Shown: positions 1-13,544 of the stretch, piece after piece
Layout of the letters: each line of letters begins with the position of its first letter
Numbering within the stretch: the first letter of the stretch is position 1
Program-made: the position numbers and the translations under genes
Notes under the pieces: model-generated
Told to the model about the DNA's origin: nothing
The model's input: the letters and a program-made list of their open reading frames with translations, nothing else
The model's database searches: none
From: Octopus vulgaris
Taxonomy: Eukaryota
Assembly (NCBI GenBank): GCA_951406725.2
Contig: OX597815.1
Coordinates: forward strand, 106,640,001 to 106,704,000
DNA length: 64,000 nucleotides
Reading direction: 5' to 3'

Positions 1-109
1 AGTTCAGTGGTAGAATCCGTTAACAAAACTTCAGCACACGCACTATCAGAGTTTTTGTTTATCTGCTGAGCGGAACAGGGAACTCACTTCAGTACACCCC
101 ACTTCTCAG

Positions 110-360
110 GTATAACAAAACAGGTAGTTGGAAAATATTTGGTATTATTTATTCACCATTACACATGCTTTATTTGCTGATAGGGATTACAGAAATTTAC
201 ATGTTAGATAGACATGTAAGGAATTTCCTGTTAGAAATTCTTCAGACAGAGAGATTAAATAATACATGTGAAACTTTGTAATTTCTATTGGCAAATGAAA
301 CATGTGAAATGGTGAATAAATAATGCCAAGACATTTTTCCAACTTCCTGTTCTGTTATAC
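110..360. mobile_element. MITE-like element with ~60-bp imperfect terminal inverted repeats
   Basis: GTATAACAAAACAGGTAGTTGGAAAATATTTGGTATTATTTATTCACCATTACACATG (from 110) is the reverse complement, with few mismatches, of 301-360 CATGTGAAATGGTGAATAAATAATGCCAAG...CCAACTTCCTGTTCTGTTATAC. No coding capacity and no clear TSD. Confidence 0.6.
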
Positions 361-534
361 AATAACTCTGCAAATAATATTTCCATAATTTTCAACTTTA
401 ATACGTATTTTGCATTAAAACATAGTAGCAACTGAGACTACAGACTACATATTGGATTGTAATAATGGAATAAGCAGATGTGTTTCAAGAGGAAGCAACT
501 GGTATTTACCCAAACTATCTACATTATATACATA

Positions 535-587
<53 letters not shown>

Positions 588-1698
588 CTATATATATGTC
601 TATATATATATATGTACCTGTGTATGTACATTGGAGTACATATTTATATTATTCTATTCAAAGACCGTCCCTTAGAAGCCGTACTTTATTCGAATGTCAA
701 AAGTTATTATGCTTTTGTTACTCAACCTTCGGACACATTCTGAAGAATGAAGAGAAATATAAAATGGGAAATATAAAATCGGAAAAGAAAATACTATTAA
801 AAGAAAATACTATTTGATTTTTGTTCTTTATTGATCAGTCATACATTATAACTTGATAGCTACAAGTGACTTCTTTTTATCTCATTAAGGAAACTACCTA
901 TGCCTTGTAATTTAACCAAATGCAAAATAACATTTGATCAATAACCGATGCCTAATATTTAAGAATATTCAAGAACCATCTAATGTTATCTGTGAGTATA
1001 TTCGTTAGTAACAAGAACAAAAACAAGAACTGACAAAACGAAATCGGAGAGAAAATTCGTTGTCAGGAATTTTGGGCAATTCTGAAATATAAAGCTTTGT
1101 AATTTATGGTGTTTAACTAAACGTCAAGCAAATGTAGCAATACAAAGGACAATGGAGTCTGACGAAGTCTGAATGCAGATTTTAGAGTCTCGTTATGACT
1201 ATTGTCGCACAATGTATCTACATGAATTGTCACTATCAATGAGGTGAATGCGTTGCTTTTAGTGAACGAAAGTATAAAAGAAGGGAGACTCAACTTAGGT
1301 AACATTGTGACAGTGTAATATACAAGTGATATGAGTGTTATACTTCGTAAAGGCTTATTCGTTCAACTATTTAGAACGAACAAAACTTAAAACAGCCTTG
1401 GGCTTTCCTTGAATGTTTGTTGGGAAAACGAGGATATAGATTTCAGTTCTTGGTAGAGAGGACATGCTAAAGTTTTCAGCAGATAATCCGAACGTTAGCT
1501 ACCTATAAGAAATAATCCTTTCTACAAGATTCATTTATACATCGGAGTAATTCTCCTCCTGCTCCTGCTCCTCTTCTCTATTACTTACATGTCAAGTAAT
1601 TACAACTGTACGTTGTTTTTCTACGATATTTGCTTATATCCAACTTCGGCGATAAATCTTAGCATATTTGCTCTCGCCGTCATTTACCTAACATACTG

Positions 1699-1847
<149 letters not shown>

Positions 1848-1854
1848 TGTGGTG

Positions 1855-2030
1855 TGTTGGCAGAATCGATTGACGTTGCAGCAATTGCTACAGCTTCTTA
1901 CGTTCTACGTTCAAATCCTGTCGATATCAGCTTTGCCTTTCATCCCTCCTGGTGGGGGGATTGAGGGGTTTCGAAGGAAACGTTAATGTCCCTTCTTTCA
2001 AAATTCTGACCTTGTGTCAAAATAGAAGCT
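1855..2030 (+). mobile_element. tRNA-derived SINE (Meta-domain family), degraded
   Basis: TGGCAGAATCG head, B-box-like GTTCAAATCC, GCTTTGCCTTTCATCC core and CCTTGTGTCAAAAT tail shared with other copies in the window. Confidence 0.7.
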
Positions 2031-2049
2031 ATTATTATTGTTATTATTA

Positions 2050-2800
2050 TTTTGGTTTGGTTTGGCTCAGGTTCGGTCTTATTCCTGGTAGGAATTATGC
2101 GGATAGCGGGTTACTTCTTGTATCCACAAGTTTTCAGCAGTCTTTCATGTGCTTAGAACCCTCCCGATAATCCTTGCTGTCCCTAAGAGAAAAACTTTCT
2201 GTAGGAGCTCTGCTGGGGTTCTCTTTCAATCTCCTTCAGCCATTTGTCTATATCTTGGTTTACTGTTCCCCTCGCGCCAATAATTACAGGCACGATATTT
2301 ACTGTTCGCATACTCCAAATTTTTCCTATTTCAAATTTTAGAGGTTTTAATTTTTTCGTTTTTTTCCCTCTCTCTTTACGATCCTGAATCAAACGGGCAT
2401 GATGGGTGGATAAGTAAGCAACTTCGCCTTTTCCCTATCTATAATCATTATGTCTGGTCTATTATTTTCTAATTTCTTGTCCATTTGAATGGGAAAGTTC
2501 CACAAAGCTTACATTTCTCCGACTCCAGTACTCTTTCGACTCGATGATTGTACCACGTGTTTTCAGCTTCAAATCCAGTGTATAACTTTTATACAACCTG
2601 GTCGTGTCTCCATTTCTTATATTCTTCTAGTGCCAACTTGGGGCATTCTGTCACAAGGTGCCACTGTCTCGTTCCAAGTTTCACAGACTCTACATTTTTC
2701 TAACACACTCTCTCCATATATATTTTTCTCAAGTTTATTTTTATCGTTTGATCTTGGGCTGCTACAATTAGGCTCTCTGTTTCTTTTTTAATTGCCCTTT
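2050..2800 (-). mobile_element. Degraded 3' fragment of R4/Dong-type RLE non-LTR retrotransposon
   Basis: Minus ORF 2183-2392 contains LKFEIGKIWSMRTVNIVPVIIGARGTV (RLE C-terminal motif). The 3' end CCAGGAATAAGACCGAACCTGAGCCAAACC+(AAT)n matches the copy at 54815-54850. Confidence 0.75.
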
Positions 2801-2919
2801 TTTTAACCAAGCACGAGATTTTGTTCCACATTCTTCTTCTTCTTCTTCTTCTTCTTCTTCTTCTTCTTCTTCTTCTTCTTCTTCTTCTTCTTCTTCTTCT
2901 TCTTCTTCTTCTTCTTCAA

Positions 2920-3655
2920 GACTCTCGGATTGTTCTTAATTACCAGTTATTCTTTACTACAAAGCAGGCAATAAGAAATCACAAAAGGTTTCAAGTAGTG
3001 CCTTCTCTTGTGACTCAAAGAAACAATACTATCATTAGAATGCGAGTTGTACCCAACAATGCTGTCTTCTGGATTACCTCGAACCTGACAATAGCTCCAA
3101 TATTCTTAATATGTTTTTCAAAGCCCTTGGAAACTGCTCCTAATGCTTCTATTACCACCGGTATCCTCATGCTCCATAACTTTCCCATCTTGTCCCGCAG
3201 TGGGTGGTATTTCTCAATCTTTTCTGTTTCCTTATATTTCGCCTTCGAATCACCTGGTATTGTAACATCTATTATCTTTACTTCTTTTTCATCTTCATGG
3301 ATGAGCACGATATCTGGTCGTCTCGCCTTTATGACTTGGTCGCACTGCATGTTAAAACCCCACAGTATTTTGTAATGTTCGTTTTCCATTACTCCCCTTG
3401 TCTTGTGTTCATACCGTTGTTCGGCTCTCTCGAGGTTTGCTTTACTATACAACAGCCAGTGGACATATCTGGCTACATTGTCGTGTCTCATTTTGTATTC
3501 GCGTTGTGCGAGCTTACAGCACTCACTAACAATATGGATGATACATTCTTCCTTCTCAGAGTACATCCTACACTGTGGTGAGTCAGTGTTTTTATTAATG
3601 TGATATTTGGAGTAGTTTGTTCTGAGAGCTTGTTCTTGAGACTTAAAAGGACCCA
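2920..3655 (-). mobile_element. 5'-truncated R4/Dong-type LINE (zinc knuckle + RLE domain) ending in a (GAA)n array
   Basis: ORF 3015-3791: QEQALRTN, CRMYSEKEECIIHIVSEC (CCHC), RHDNVA, ARRPDIV, IIDVTIP, EKIEKY, PVVIEALG. The N-terminal part of the ORF is antisense SINE. Confidence 0.9.
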
Positions 3656-3825
3656 AGCTGGCAAAATCATTACTGTGAAGGACAAAATGCATAGGTGACA
3701 TTTCTTCTAGCATTTTACGTTCTAACTTCAAATTCTGCCGAGGTCGACATTGGTTGTCATTCTTTTGTGGTTGATAAAATAAATACTGCACTGGAGTCGA
3801 TATAAACGACTTGCGCCTCCTTCAA
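3655..3825 (+). mobile_element. Meta-domain SINE copy
   Basis: GCTGGCAAAATCATTA...TTCAAATTCTGCCGAGGTCGAC...GATAAAATAAATAC...GGAGTCGAT matches the window consensus. Confidence 0.75.
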
Positions 3826-3828
3826 AAT

Positions 3829-3886
<58 letters not shown>

Positions 3887-4506
3887 AACAACAAGCACTG
3901 TCTCAAGATTGTGAATTCTGAATTTTGCTTGCGATCCATTACTAGCAACGGCAGTTTGTTAATGCATTTCCCAGTCCTCATTTCTTATTTTGAGAAATGT
4001 CTCCAGTAGCGTAAAGACGACAATTTTACTTTCGTTTCAGACAGAATATGAAAAAAAGACATTAGAAATGAAACGCGTGCAGCGTCCTATCCAATCATTC
4101 AATATACGTCCTAAATTTTCCCTGATTCTGAGTGCTTTGGAACAGCTAAAACATTTACCAGAACTTAACTATGTACTCAGCTGGCTTTCACGTACAAATA
4201 GCATGCAAACGATAAGTGCACTCTAAAATATGTTCCACTAATATCTAAATATCTAAATAAAATTATTAGCTTTAGTAGAACTCATCACAAAGCAGATTTC
4301 CTGAAATTCGTATTCAAGCCATGGGGTCAACACTGAAATTCAACTGAGTTTTATTTTTTATATCAATGACCATGTACACAACATTGGTTGACATTATTGA
4401 TTTCCAGCTATCAACAGATCCTCGTTGTATCTCGCATCATACAAATACACACAACCCAAAAGATATATACACGTACGCACCCACACACATCCACCCACAG
4501 ATATAC

Positions 4507-4615
<109 letters not shown>

Positions 4616-4682
4616 CAGACACACACATATATATGTATGTATACACGTTATATATATGTACGTGTGTGTAGAATAATAATGA

Positions 4683-4753
<71 letters not shown>

Positions 4754-5074
4754 GTTGCAACGACATCAACGATGGCAGTAACAGCAACGATAACGATTAC
4801 AATAACAGCAACGATAACAACGACAGCAACAACAACCGCAAACAAGCTTCAGGGTATTTTTTTCCCTTATTTTTATCAAAAGTCTCTGTTATTTACCGTC
4901 GGCAAAACATTTCGTATTTCTAAGCAATTAGTGTTCAAATATTTACTTACACGCATACACGTTTTGTCAAATCACCTATGTTTAAAGGACACGTTAGTTG
5001 TATCTCACTGTTTCCACCGCTTACATAAATTGCATTCATCTTTAGCTCTATATATGTATATATACAGGTGTACA

Positions 5075-5145
<71 letters not shown>

Positions 5146-5620
5146 TTATGTACACATACCCACCCACACACAGATCCACATTTATTGTAGAAGTGTACTG
5201 AAAGGCGCGACACGTAAGCAAAGGTTTGGTTGTTGTTGAAAGTTCCACACCACTCCTATAACTAGTGTGCTTAGACAAAGGCTATCACTTATCCAGATAG
5301 GCTAGTGTGCAAATTTCGAATCACGTTGTAGTAATAAAAATAAATAGATAGCGATTGAACATAATTGATACTGAACGTAATTTGCATAGCTGGAATATAT
5401 TAAAGCACACATTCCACTAAGCTCTGTACTTCCCCCTGAGGATATCGATGAAATTAAGCGTCTGTATTGTGCAATCTGGTTAAATGCCTTGCGTAATAAT
5501 GACAGTGGGTTTACTTAAAAGCGTGTAAGTTTTGTAAAACTTAAAATACCAATTATCTTTGCTGTGTTTACTATTGTTCTGTCTCTGTCTGTCTGTCTCT
5601 CTGTCTCTCTCTCTCTCTCT

Positions 5621-5685
<65 letters not shown>

Positions 5686-5689
5686 CAAA

Positions 5690-5880
5690 ATGTAACCACA
5701 TGCGAATTGTTGGCGATTTTCCTCCTCCGTCTTCCTTTCTATTGGACTTTCCTCTGTTTCTGAAGAAGAGCGTTGTTCGAAACGTTAAACCATCTTTCTT
5801 TCTTTCCCTGAGCGTCTTCTAATACTTTACATGTACCACGTCCTCGCGTTGTTTCTTTTTTTGTGCTTCTTTTTTGGGGA

Positions 5881-5885
<5 letters not shown>
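5690..5885 (+). mobile_element. Short Penelope-like (pLTR-derived) element carrying a minimal hammerhead, inserted in (TA)n
   Basis: Flanked by (TA)n on both sides. Contains the hammerhead at 5756-5790. Related sequences occur at ~6050-6160 (minus) and ~36400-36580. Confidence 0.6.
5756..5790 (+). ncRNA. Minimal type I hammerhead ribozyme motif
   Basis: GTTT-CTGAAGA-A-GAGC-GTT-GTTC-GAAA-CGT-T-AAAC. Core boxes CUGANGA and GAAA are intact, stem I is GUUU/AAAC, stem II is GAGC/GUUC, stem III is the palindromic ACGU, and cleavage is predicted after GUU (5786). Confidence 0.65.
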
Positions 5886-5939
<54 letters not shown>

Positions 5940-6049
5940 TGTAAGAGATACAGAGAAGAGATTCAAATTGGGCAGACTACTTCCATGGTTTCTATACTTT
6001 TCAAAAGAAAATTATAATTATAATTATATATATATAGTGAGAATTTAGA

Positions 6050-6160
6050 AAAAAACAACAACCAAAAAACAAAAGACGAAGACCAGTATGTAAACAACAA
6101 ACAGATATATTAGTTTAACGCTCGAGAAGTGAGAAAGTCTTTTACGTTTCGAGCCTACCT
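6050..6160 (-). mobile_element. Partial copy of the short hammerhead-bearing element (3' half only)
   Basis: Reverse strand reads GTAGGCTCGAAACGTAAAAGACTTTCTCACTTCTCGAGCGTTAAACTAATA, homologous to 5770-5830 and 36460-36520. The CUGANGA box is missing. Confidence 0.55.
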
Positions 6161-6519
6161 GTACCATAGTCTCAGTACAGGTCTCCTTTTATCCCAGGGA
6201 AAAAAATCAACCATTATAACAATTATATCTACCATAAGTATTCTGTTGTCGCCCACCATTCGGTATTCTATGCACTGTACACCTTTGCTAACACTGCAAA
6301 AGATTTTGACGATTATATTTCATAGTTATTGCAAATAACTTAATCCAACGTGAAATGTTGCAGATTATGCATAATCTATGAATTCCGATTTATGATAATT
6401 CATAAATTTTCGGAGTTTAAAATATTATAACAAGCAATCTAAATATCAATAAATCATTTCATTATTCTCAAATATATTTTTTACCCATTTCTTTGAAAAC
6501 TGTTAAAATTTTAATAAAT

Positions 6520-6673
6520 ATGTTTTTGTTCAATTTGTTTCTTGTCAAAATTGATTTTCTACAAGTGTGTGTTTCTACAATATGTGTCTTTCTAAAAATA
6601 TGACTTTTCACCAATTTGCTTTCGATTAACAAGCTTTCGACAAATGTGTTTTCGACAAGTTTTCCTGAACCCA
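6520..6673. repeat. Degenerate ~15-bp tandem repeat (TTTCGACAAATGTGT-like) ending in TCCTGAACCC; possible orphan DNA-transposon arm
   Basis: About 8 units such as TTTCTACAAGTGTGT, TTTCTACAATATGT, TTTCACCAATTTG, TTTCGACAAATGTG, TTTCGACAAGTTTT. Confidence 0.5.
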
Positions 6674-7734
6674 ACATGGAATACGGTACTTTCATCGAAA
6701 TCAAGCTAAAAAGCACTCACATAGAAGTTATAATCGAAGAAACTTGCCTAAGGTGCTTCTGTGTGACGCAAAACCCAGGAGCCTCGTAGTTATTAAAGTG
6801 AATATATATTTGGTGTGTGTAGGTATGTGTGCATGTGTATGTATACGTATGTGTTTGTTTGTGTGTGTGAATGGATGTGTGTATGTGTGTTCGCGCGCGC
6901 GTGTCGGTGCGTGCGCCCGTGTCAGTGCGTGCCCGCGTGTATCATTTACCGATGTATGTCTGGCCAGCAGAAATGCAGTGAACTGCTGATTGCTAGTTTG
7001 TAGCCTGCAGTATTATCGTTCACCAGTTACGGAGTAAAATATGAAAATAAATTGAATCATTATTCAATATTAAGCAAGTAAATGATTTTCACCTACTAAT
7101 CAATAACAGATTGACCTTAGCTTAAGGGAGTCCATCAACAAATTGATTAGTTCGTTTAGTGTGATCTAGTCCATTAATGAATCAGTACATTGAGGCAGTA
7201 AATACTGTCAGCATTTAGTCAATAGATATATTAATTCAAACTACGAATGTAATTTTTGCCAATTACCAAAATGTTTAATAAAAGGATTGAGCATTTCGTC
7301 TAGGGTCGTTTAACAAGTTGATGGAGCAAACAAAACCGGTGTACACTCCTGACTGTCTTTATAATTATCTGTGTTGAAGACAGCGATGTCATCAAGGACA
7401 AAGTAATTATCTAAGATCAAGTATTTGCTGTATTTATTATCATTTATTTATATTTTGCATCACAACTGGTGAACAACAGCGTCGATAGTTACAGATATCC
7501 AACTGACAAGTCACTGGTTTACAACATTTAAGAGGGCAAGACGGATATGGGAGTCTCTGTAATACGGTGTAGAACAAACAATTCAAGGGTTCCCATTCAC
7601 AAAGCATAGATTTTTTTGGTTTCCTGCATTGGCGAACCATACATACAGAAAAAAATCATTGCCGCCACTCGCAAGCGAGTATGATAAGATAGCATGTATT
7701 ATGCTTTCACCCCATTGTTTTAGGTGCTAATGAA

Positions 7735-7930
7735 GTCACGAGCAGATGTAAAACTCCCTCGTGGATTTCCCACTTTTCATTCAACTGAGGATCGAGAATG
7801 CTCAATTTCGGCTGAACAAGCTGGAACAATGTGAAATGAAATGCCTTGTTCAAAAACTCTATGTGTGGCCCGGACCAGGAGTCAAATCCACGACACTTTG
7901 ATTATGGGACCAACACTCTAACCATGCGTG
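7735..7930 (-). mobile_element. tRNA-derived CORE-like SINE, degraded
   Basis: Reverse strand has GGTTAGAGTGTTGG...GATTTGACTCCTGGTCCGGGCC...TTGAACAAGGCATTTCATTTCACATTGTTCCAG, homologous to 14538-14854. Confidence 0.65.
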
Positions 7931-8399
7931 TTCCCATACATACATGCATACACTCAAAATTTATACATACATACAACCATACATACATACATACATACAT
8001 ACATACATACATACATACATACATACATACATACATACATACATACATACATACACACACATAATATTAACGTTTGAACGTTAATACAAGTTTGATAAAA
8101 ATCCTATGGCTAAAAATAGAATTTGTTTATCAATAAAGAATATTTCACGATGACAGCCTGTCAATAATACTGCCCACCTTGGCAGTCTTGTTGAGGAAAT
8201 GTCAAAGCCATATGTTAGGATCTCTCTAGAATAGAGGGAATTTAACGACACACCTTTTTCTTGATGAACCTCAGTCTGTGTTCTAGCAATATTTACTACA
8301 CCAATAGCATTTAAACATTCTCACAGGAGATAGGAACGGAGTTTGGCCAGGAAAAGTTCATATTTGAGAGGTAATCGCGGAAATATTATTGTTCGGGTA

Positions 8400-9420
8400 G
8401 GGAATATGGATATCAAAGGCCTCTCTAGTTCCCCGACCTCTATGACAAATGCTACAAGTATTGCGGATGCTTTCAATAAGAACCTATTCCATAACGCATT
8501 TGCTATAATAGCGTTAGCACCAGAATTTCGGATACTAGACTGGAAGAATTCGAAACGTGGACATCCAGATAGTAACCACAGTAGGTAACTTCCACAGTAA
8601 TAGTAACCCAAGGACCTATGTTAGATAAAGAACAGAGACAGAGACATACGGTCAGTCCAAATAGCCTCCAGTGCTGTAATACCTTTGAAGCTGAGTGCAC
8701 AACTGTTACACATAACCCAATTGTAGCTGGACCAGAAACTCGGGCAAGAAACATATCAGCAGAACGTTTTAGAGAGGTGTATATCTCGCATGTTAGTAGA
8801 CACCAGCATTTAAAGGAAGAGTAGCCTTTTCTTGATCTTTGAGAGATGCCTCATATTTCACGCTGAAGTATACGTCTTTATTATTCAGTAACAAGAACTA
8901 GCCACTAAATACTGACCAATAAGAGAAGCAAGGATGCCTCCAAATCATTCACATCATGATAAAAAAATTTCGACTCTATCACACCTGCGTATAAGTTAAG
9001 ATCCACATCATCAGAAATTTCCCAACAACGTCAAAAAAGTTCTACTTTCTCACAGGACATAACATTGTTACCTAACTATTTACAATGCTGTCCAAAAGAA
9101 GGATTGTTCTAGTGACATACAAAAAGCTCACCAGAACCACATTGTGTATACATCTTTAAAAATAAAGAATGCAGTCAAGTGCGAATACAACAGACTTAAT
9201 ACTGATCCGTGATACAGGCTGCAAAAGTCACGCACCGTTGTAAAGGTTAGCTGTCAAGCTGAGGTGAATATTTCGTGTAAAGATGTAGAAAAAGAAAATA
9301 TCTACAATGAACTACTGCAGGACTTACAGCTTCTGTATTCAGGCTATAAATTTTCATTTGTACCTATTATCATATGCGCACCGTTCTATGTAGCAACAGT
9401 TTTACACGAAAACCTGTAAA
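8400..9420 (+). mobile_element. Highly degraded R4/NeSL-type LINE relic
   Basis: AFNKNLFHNAFAIIALAPEFRILDW (8470-8545) aligns to AFNKTVSHNALAVPVLVP of the 48826-49230 ORF. 9288-9415 reads EKENIYNELLQDLQLLYSGYKFSFVPIIICA, the RLE C-terminus. Confidence 0.6.
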
Positions 9421-9773
9421 TATAAGGCGTTTTCTAAGAATTTATAAAGCAAGCAGTTTCTCATTCTCTAAATTTAGTGCATTAGTTATGTTACAGTGAA
9501 GATTACAAAATGTCCCGAAGGCTCCCCATTTGACTTTTTTAGAATGAGTATAATCATGTGAACTTATGACATAAACACATACACTGATTACATGAGTGCA
9601 CGTATATTCACACAAAATCCCCAACATCATAACTCACTTTTACTATTCAAATTTCTGTCATGACTCAAAGACTGTCATTTAGTTAGTGACTGGATTGAAT
9701 TCTGTGAATAAGAACTTAAACCAGAGAGAAAAATCCTATATATATACATATGCGAAGCGCGCATGCCCCCACC

Positions 9774-9828
<55 letters not shown>

Positions 9829-10869
9829 ACCCTTTGTTTTCTTTTACTGGTTTCTTTTACTGTGGCCGTTCTGCGATGCTATCTTCAAGGTTTTAATCGA
9901 TCATACCAACTCCAGTACTGATTTCAGTGTGATATTAATTTCATTGACCTGTTTTTATCAAAACAATGAGTTAAAGAACTTAAAAAAGACGCAATAAAAC
10001 AACACCGGTTTTAGGCCGGTGTGTGTATATGCAGTACACCTCAATACGCGTACACATACGCACACACACATAATATGATATTATCGAATGGTTATTGGTA
10101 TCAAAATTAACACATCTGTGTACAGTAAAGTACTGGGAAATGGACGTTATAACTGTTGAAGAATATGTAGAGGATTTAATTTATAGAGATGCTTTGAATG
10201 AATATACAAAAAGCAATTGTCTTTGCTTTCAAAGGAACGCAAATCTAAGATCAAATGCGTTCTAACTATAAGCGTATTTTAGACTACATTTTCCTATACA
10301 TTCTTCCTTTTTAAGGCAATAAGTTTTGATTTTAGAGAGGTCTGGCTGGCTCTAAAAGATCCAGTGACCGTGTTGAGGCTTCCCTGTCTCGTTTTTATCT
10401 TAGTATTTTGTACTGTGGGTTCTAGGGTTGACATACATATTTTCAGACTATTCTTGTTAAATTCGTACTTTGTGGTATATACGAAGAAATTGACTGGGAA
10501 GAATTGTTGCAACATCGGATAAAAATCTCACGGTATTTAGCCCTGGCATTTTACTTTGTGAGTTAAAAACCTGCTGTGATCAAAGTTTCATTCTTCTGTG
10601 TCGATAAAATAAAGTACCAGCATAGTACTATGGTAAATTTAATCGACTAATATTGGTGTTCTGAGTTTTTTTCAAGTTAGAGACTACGACTGAGAATCCT
10701 ACACGAATCTTCTTAGTACTGATTACTCTTTAATGGCGGATTAAGATGTAAAGCCTAACAACCACGATATTCTTGTGAGTAGCAGTCCGAAGTGTTCTTA
10801 CAATCCCCTCTCTAGCAGTGTTTAAAATATATTAAAAAGCGAGCAAGCTAACAGATTAGTGCAATAAAA

Positions 10870-11330
10870 TCCGTTAACAGAAATTTCTCGAAATGAAGAT
10901 GATGCTGATAAAAAAGATTTTATTTTAAAATCCAGCTGGTGAAATCAACGGACATATTGTTGTCTTATCAAACCTCTTCAGAGCAGTCTGCTGTACTCAG
11001 TTGTCCAAGTGAAGAAGATATCACTATCTATAGAAACAGGAGTGATGTAACGATGCTGATTATGGATATAAGTAATCTATTATAAGGAAAGTACCCCAGT
11101 AGAGCGTTCTGCATACTAAATACACATACGTTACTGTCTGACGGATGTAATATAGTAAAAAACTTCGATTAACTGAGATTATCGATTATGATAGTCGGAA
11201 AAGATTTTTTTCTTTTCCGAAGTGGTCTAACGACATCGACATAAGTTCGTTGATTTCAACATCTGGATCTAATGACAAAACCTATTCTCATCTTTCATCG
11301 TTTTTATTTTAAAAGAATTTCGATTAACTG
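10870..11330. repeat. Old inverted-repeat (MITE/foldback) relic
   Basis: ATCCAGCTGGTGAAATCAACGGACATA (~10930-10957) versus reverse complement of ~11240-11270 ATCCAGATGTTGAAATCAACGAACTTA. Flanking similarity extends ~100 bp. Confidence 0.45.
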
Positions 11331-13065
11331 AGTTGATTAGATTTATTTCTCCAGCTTGTTGTTGCGTACATTTTAAACATTCCTAGAGGAGTTTTTTTTT
11401 TTAATGAATTGCAAAGGTAATCTCGGTTAAACGAAGTTTCCCTTCTCACTATATTACGTAAGGCCCTAGTGTATATGTCTCTAGTATACATACTGGTCTT
11501 TTGAGGTACTTTCACTTGGCCATATTGTCTAAGTATTACAAGCCACACAAATCCGTTAATTAACGAGTTATGTGTTTTTTTTTTGGACCATCTTTACTGA
11601 ACAGTGAAGTAGGATTATAAATATATATTCTTTAATAATCCCTCCGTGTAGATTTATATGCCTAACTTCTGTCAATTCTTTCTTTTTTATTTTTCCTTCC
11701 GCTCCTCGCTGTGTAAATATATCCCTACTAGGATTTGATTGAATATTATAATATTGCAACAAATAAACTAGTACAAAGTAAAACTAACAATAATGGTTCA
11801 GCAAAAAAAAAAAAAAAAAAAAATGAAAGAAAGAAAAATAACAAAAGATTATAGCATCAGTAAAAGCAGTAGCAACACCAACAATACCAGCGAAGATCTA
11901 TAAACATAGTCAAAACAATCAATGAAGTATATTTTATGGAGTGGACAAAAATATGCACATATACAAGGAACAAATTATTGATTTCTATTAGATATATTCT
12001 GTTTACAACGTTTCTGTTTCTTTATTGTCCTTAATTCCTTTTTATATATGCGTTTCTTTGATAATTTTTCTTTTATTTTCTTGTATTTTTCTGTTTTTAA
12101 GGACACCGAGCTTCGCAGACTAAAAGTTAAACACTCAGCGAGTCGAGTCAGCGAACTAGTTTCGTATTCACAGCTGAAGATATTCCATAATTTTACTTTC
12201 ATATATATATATATCTGAATCACGTTTGCGCACGTCCCGCCAAACGGAACAGAGTAACCTTGGTGTAATTTCATTAATTCTTAATGCCTCAGAACGATAA
12301 AAATTGACAAATTTGACATGATTAATTTCAGCTAACAGTTCTGAAAGTTGCGGTGGGAACCAAATCATTCTTGACATGTCTTAATCGATGAAAAGATAGA
12401 ATACTAACAGCTGAAATATATAAAAAAAATTACTTGCCTCATAAAATAAAAATATATAATCACGTAACGTTTATTACAACGGGAAATTATTCTTTACCGG
12501 GGAGTTATCTCAGTTTAGTCATTACAATTCACTTTCAGCACTAACATCATTGATAAAAATATCAGTAGCTCAAATTTTGATTTCCTTTCTTCGACAAAAC
12601 GTTAGAAATCACAATTATGTAAGAAAGAGAAAATCCTGTTTTCATATCAATAGTTTCCTGCTGCTGATAAAACACTGTTGTTGCTGTTGTTGTTGACTTA
12701 GTGGCCGGTTAGCCTTGATCAACCAGGTTTATGATAAAAAAGCATTCTAGCTGCGACCAGTTTTAATTTTTTTACAGACAGTATATCTAAAAATTCATTA
12801 CCGAATATAAATACTCTGAGACAGAAGGATGTTTGATGAAGGAGTTTTGACTGCTACTTCTACAATTGTATACTTAGATATACAATTAATTTCTTTATGC
12901 TCTTTTCCCTTTAAGAATGGCCTTCCAATCAAAAATAAAAACTGTTTAATCTAAATTAATCTAAATTAGAGTTGCAATCAATAGCGCACCGGACAATATA
13001 TTTGGCATTTAACTGCGTTCTTTTATGTTTGGTGTTCATACACACATACATGCGCGCGCGCGCAC

Positions 13066-13495
13066 AATGCAACTGCTCAACTACTGGGAACGGCTTAAGC
13101 AGCTAAGACTCTATTCTCTGGAGAGAAGGTGGGAGAGGTATGCAGTAATATACATCTGGAAGATCCTGGAAGGAATTGTGCCAAATTTTGGCATTGAAAG
13201 CTACACCAATGCCAGAATGGGACGACACTGCATAGTGCCAAAGATCCCAGCAATGTCATCGCGCTTCAGGACTAGTTACTACAACAGCCTGGGCTTCAGG
13301 GGCTCATAGCTTTTTATTATTCTCCCAAAGAGCCTGAGGAACCTGCACGAAGGAGATGTAGGCGTTTTTAAATCAAAGCTGGACCTCTTCCTGTTGAGAG
13401 ACCCAGATGAACACACCTCACGGCAAGAGGTGCAAATGAGGGTAGCTACATCAAAATCCATTCTTCACCAAGTGTTACATATTGGAGGAGGCTGT
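13066..13495 (+). mobile_element. 3' fragment of CR1/L2-group (Jockey superclade) LINE
   Basis: NYWERLKQLRLYSLERRWERYAVIYIWKILEG and later FKSKLDLFL..PDE are typical RT C-terminal tail motifs of this group. Confidence 0.8.
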
Positions 13496-13544
13496 CAGTA
13501 ATAATAGTGTAGCAAAAGTTCGTAATATTTTGGAGTGAAGCTAA

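Noticed and set aside
1155-1190. CTGACGA-A-GTCTG-AATG-CAGAT hammerhead-like 5' half
   Set aside because: No GAAA box after the stem and no stem I/III pairing.
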